This document shows, in pieces, positions 36,117-38,656 of a stretch of 38,656 nucleotides of DNA. Numbering within the stretch: the stretch's first letter is position 1; each line of letters opens with the position of its first letter. Source of the DNA: Bipalium vagum. Its lineage: Eukaryota. The DNA lies in NCBI GenBank assembly GCA_037834085.1, contig JBBMKC010064352.1:1-38656 (forward strand). Reading direction: 5' to 3'. Under the pieces are notes generated by a model, which saw only the letters and a program-made list of their open reading frames with translations, did not search any database and was not told the origin of the DNA. Both the position numbers and the translations under genes were made by a program.

Positions 36117-36660
36117 CAGTGCGTTTAATAATAATAGTAATACGAAATTGTAATATTTCAGGAATTTTCTCTTCTTGAATATAAAATTTGTTAATTATCT
36201 AAATCATATGAATACTTCTGTACCCAATAAACATTATGTATCTAAATTAAAAATTGATAAATATATTGGCATATTTAAAAATCAAGGCGTTCAATAATTA
36301 TAAGAAATGTTAAAAGGAATAGGTAATTTGAATTAGTTTGAAGATTTTTTACTTTTAATATATTTTTTTAATTAGATATCGCGTTCTTTGCAATGCCACG
36401 TGGTAAAATATTAACAAATTACGAACGAGAAAGGATTGGATTGTTGATAAATATTGGTCATAATATTGCATTTAAGTTCAAGAGACTTCAATCAACCTTT
36501 TTGAGTCATTTATACGCAGCAGAATGTTGATAAATACTTGATGGACTTTTTAAAGGTTATTGCAAATTATTTGAACAATCGGAAAACGTATAGGCAGAAG
36601 AGGAGTACAGGAAAGACGAAAAAGGCTTTCCCAAAAAACAGGGAGACAAATAAAATAGTT
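36117..36660 (+). mobile_element. Tc3-like element 5' end
   Basis: TA|CAGTGCG terminus; MPRGKILTNYERERI at 36393 and VIANYLNNRKTYRQKRSTG (Tc3-type paired HTH). Confidence 0.7.
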
Positions 36661-38656
36661 AAGTAATAAATTTCTTATATATAATTTAAGAACGCTTGAT
36701 TTTCAGTTTCTCTTTTGAATTTTTCAGATCAACTGAATATCGGTTATCATTTACGAAATGTTTCCTTGATATTTTTAAACGTTTAGTTTAATGTGAGCTT
36801 AAATGAGATTTTCATTAATTTTTTTTTCAATTCCTGATAATTATTGAACGCACTGTATATTTATTTTTTAATGTTATTTTTAAATTTATTTTATATTTTT
36901 TCTATATTATTTATATTAACTACAAATGAAAAATTTTATTTCTTGTCAAATGAAATACTGCAAGTGATCTTTCTTTGCCACTTACTTCTTCATTTAAATT
37001 CATGCAACACTTTCATTTCTTCTGTAAACATTTGATTAGAACTCTTATGCACAGAACCACTTTCAGTTTCATTTTTTATATTTTTATGGTTTCCATCGTT
37101 TTATTTTATATTTTTGCTTTTTAAAAACCAATATTTAAATAAATAGAGATTGAAGAGTACTTCAGGTAAACAGTAACATAAATTACAAAATCCCCATTGT
37201 CAAAAATTAAATATATAATTAGCAAATGACAGAGTCTCGCTGGTATCTTTAAAACATTTGAGAAGTATAATCTTTGCAAAATCAAAAAATTATCCATATT
37301 GTTTACATTGAAGAAGTTAACAATTTTTATAAATAATAATATTTTAGTAATAATATATTACAATTTAGACATGATTTTCTAAAATAAAAATACCTTCACC
37401 ATTATGTCAAGTGCATACAAGTACAATAATTATTATAACAGGATATTCAATAAAAAGTATTCCATGTAAACCGAATTATTTTATTATGATATATCGTGGA
37501 TATAATAGGTTGTGTCATTGAAATGTCCGATTACGTGATAAATGGAAAACAATACAAAGTCATTACATTTTTGGTGATTAGTTCAATAAATACAAAACCC
37601 ATGGCTGAACCTTTTAAACCTTATTTACCGCTTTCAAATGTATTGCAATTACATTGAAATTAAATCTGTTTAACCAACCACAGGATACTCTAAACTCATT
37701 AAAATAATCTTTTGTCCATTGCTTTATTCATTTTCTTGTGATTTTTTTAATCCCAATCTTTCTTCAACGATTCTTCATATTGAACCTCCTCTAGTTCTTC
37801 TGACCTTACTAGAACCGCTCTTAAGTCGATATCGATTAGAATCAGTTTCACAGGACTCAAGCGTGATCCAATCCATAATTGAATTTCATATCCTTCCATG
37901 ACCACTATCATCTTTTTCTTCAGAACAGACAAAAATCCAAAAAGCGAAACTCGAGGTTTCCAACAGTTAGGCAAATATTTCGAAATAAAATGAATCCAAC
38001 AAAAAGGAATGTGCAAAGATGACCAAACATTAAATAATTTAAGTGCATATGTAACCAGAAGAAATCTTTTACACCGTGAAGTATTAATATATTACGGTAA
38101 ACCAAAAATTCTTTAATGAGTACCAAAAAAGTATGGTTATGAAAACTATTAAACTAAAATCAAAATCTTACCCAAACGATCTCTGGTCGTAGATGAGCAT
38201 TTAAAAGGTTTCAACATTTAAAGTTCCCAAAGTTAAAGATGCGACCCATTTGGTTGGACCTCCCTTTAGAGGTTTTGATTCTCTATTCTCCTCTTTTTCT
38301 TTGAAGACAATTAATGTAGGCGTGGCCCTATTAATTACAGATTCTCTTTACCAACGCGTTGCCACTTGTCCTTTCACCAATAAAACGAAAATTACACTTC
38401 CTTTGTTGACTTAATATTCGCAAGAAAATCGTTATTCTTTTTCTAATTAAATTTTTTTAACAACTCCTGGGAATATAATTTTTATATCATCTTAATTTTC
38501 TTTTTTTTAATTTTCTTTAAAAATTTTATTTATTCCTAAAAGAAAAAATGATAATATATAATTATTTTGTTTTGTTTTAATTAATTAATTTTTTAAATAA
38601 GATAATTGTGTAAAATTTGCTAAATCTGATATTCAAAAACGAATATTCTACATTAG

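Noticed and set aside
1-38656. CRISPR arrays, tRNA/rRNA genes or prokaryotic systems
   Set aside because: Spliceosomal gene structure, no repeat-spacer periodicity, and no recognisable tRNA or rRNA sequence

Overview
Very AT-rich eukaryotic (invertebrate animal-like) genomic window. It carries the middle of a multi-exon + strand RasGRF (RASGRF1/2-like Ras GEF) gene. Ten GT-AG exons between 7017 and 36052 join in phase into 512 codons covering the DH C-terminus, PH2, REM and a Ser/Thr-rich linker. The CDC25 domain is not in the window, and I saw no PH1/IQ/DH-core exons upstream. The introns are a graveyard of decayed transposons: several mariner DD34D copies, DD37D, DD41D, DD37E, Tc1/Tc3, Tigger, Tc2-like pogo, Merlin, a CGGBP1-like hAT piece, MITEs and LINE RT remnants. 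There is one 156-N assembly gap. I found no clearly new biological system. The most intriguing stretch is the non-transposon island at about 6120-7016. It contains a candidate in-phase alternative first exon (giving a DH-less RasGRF), a possible divergent antisense transcript with phase-symmetric micro-exons, and a pre-miRNA-sized hairpin. These are inferences that need RNA data. All family assignments come from motif recognition, not database searches.
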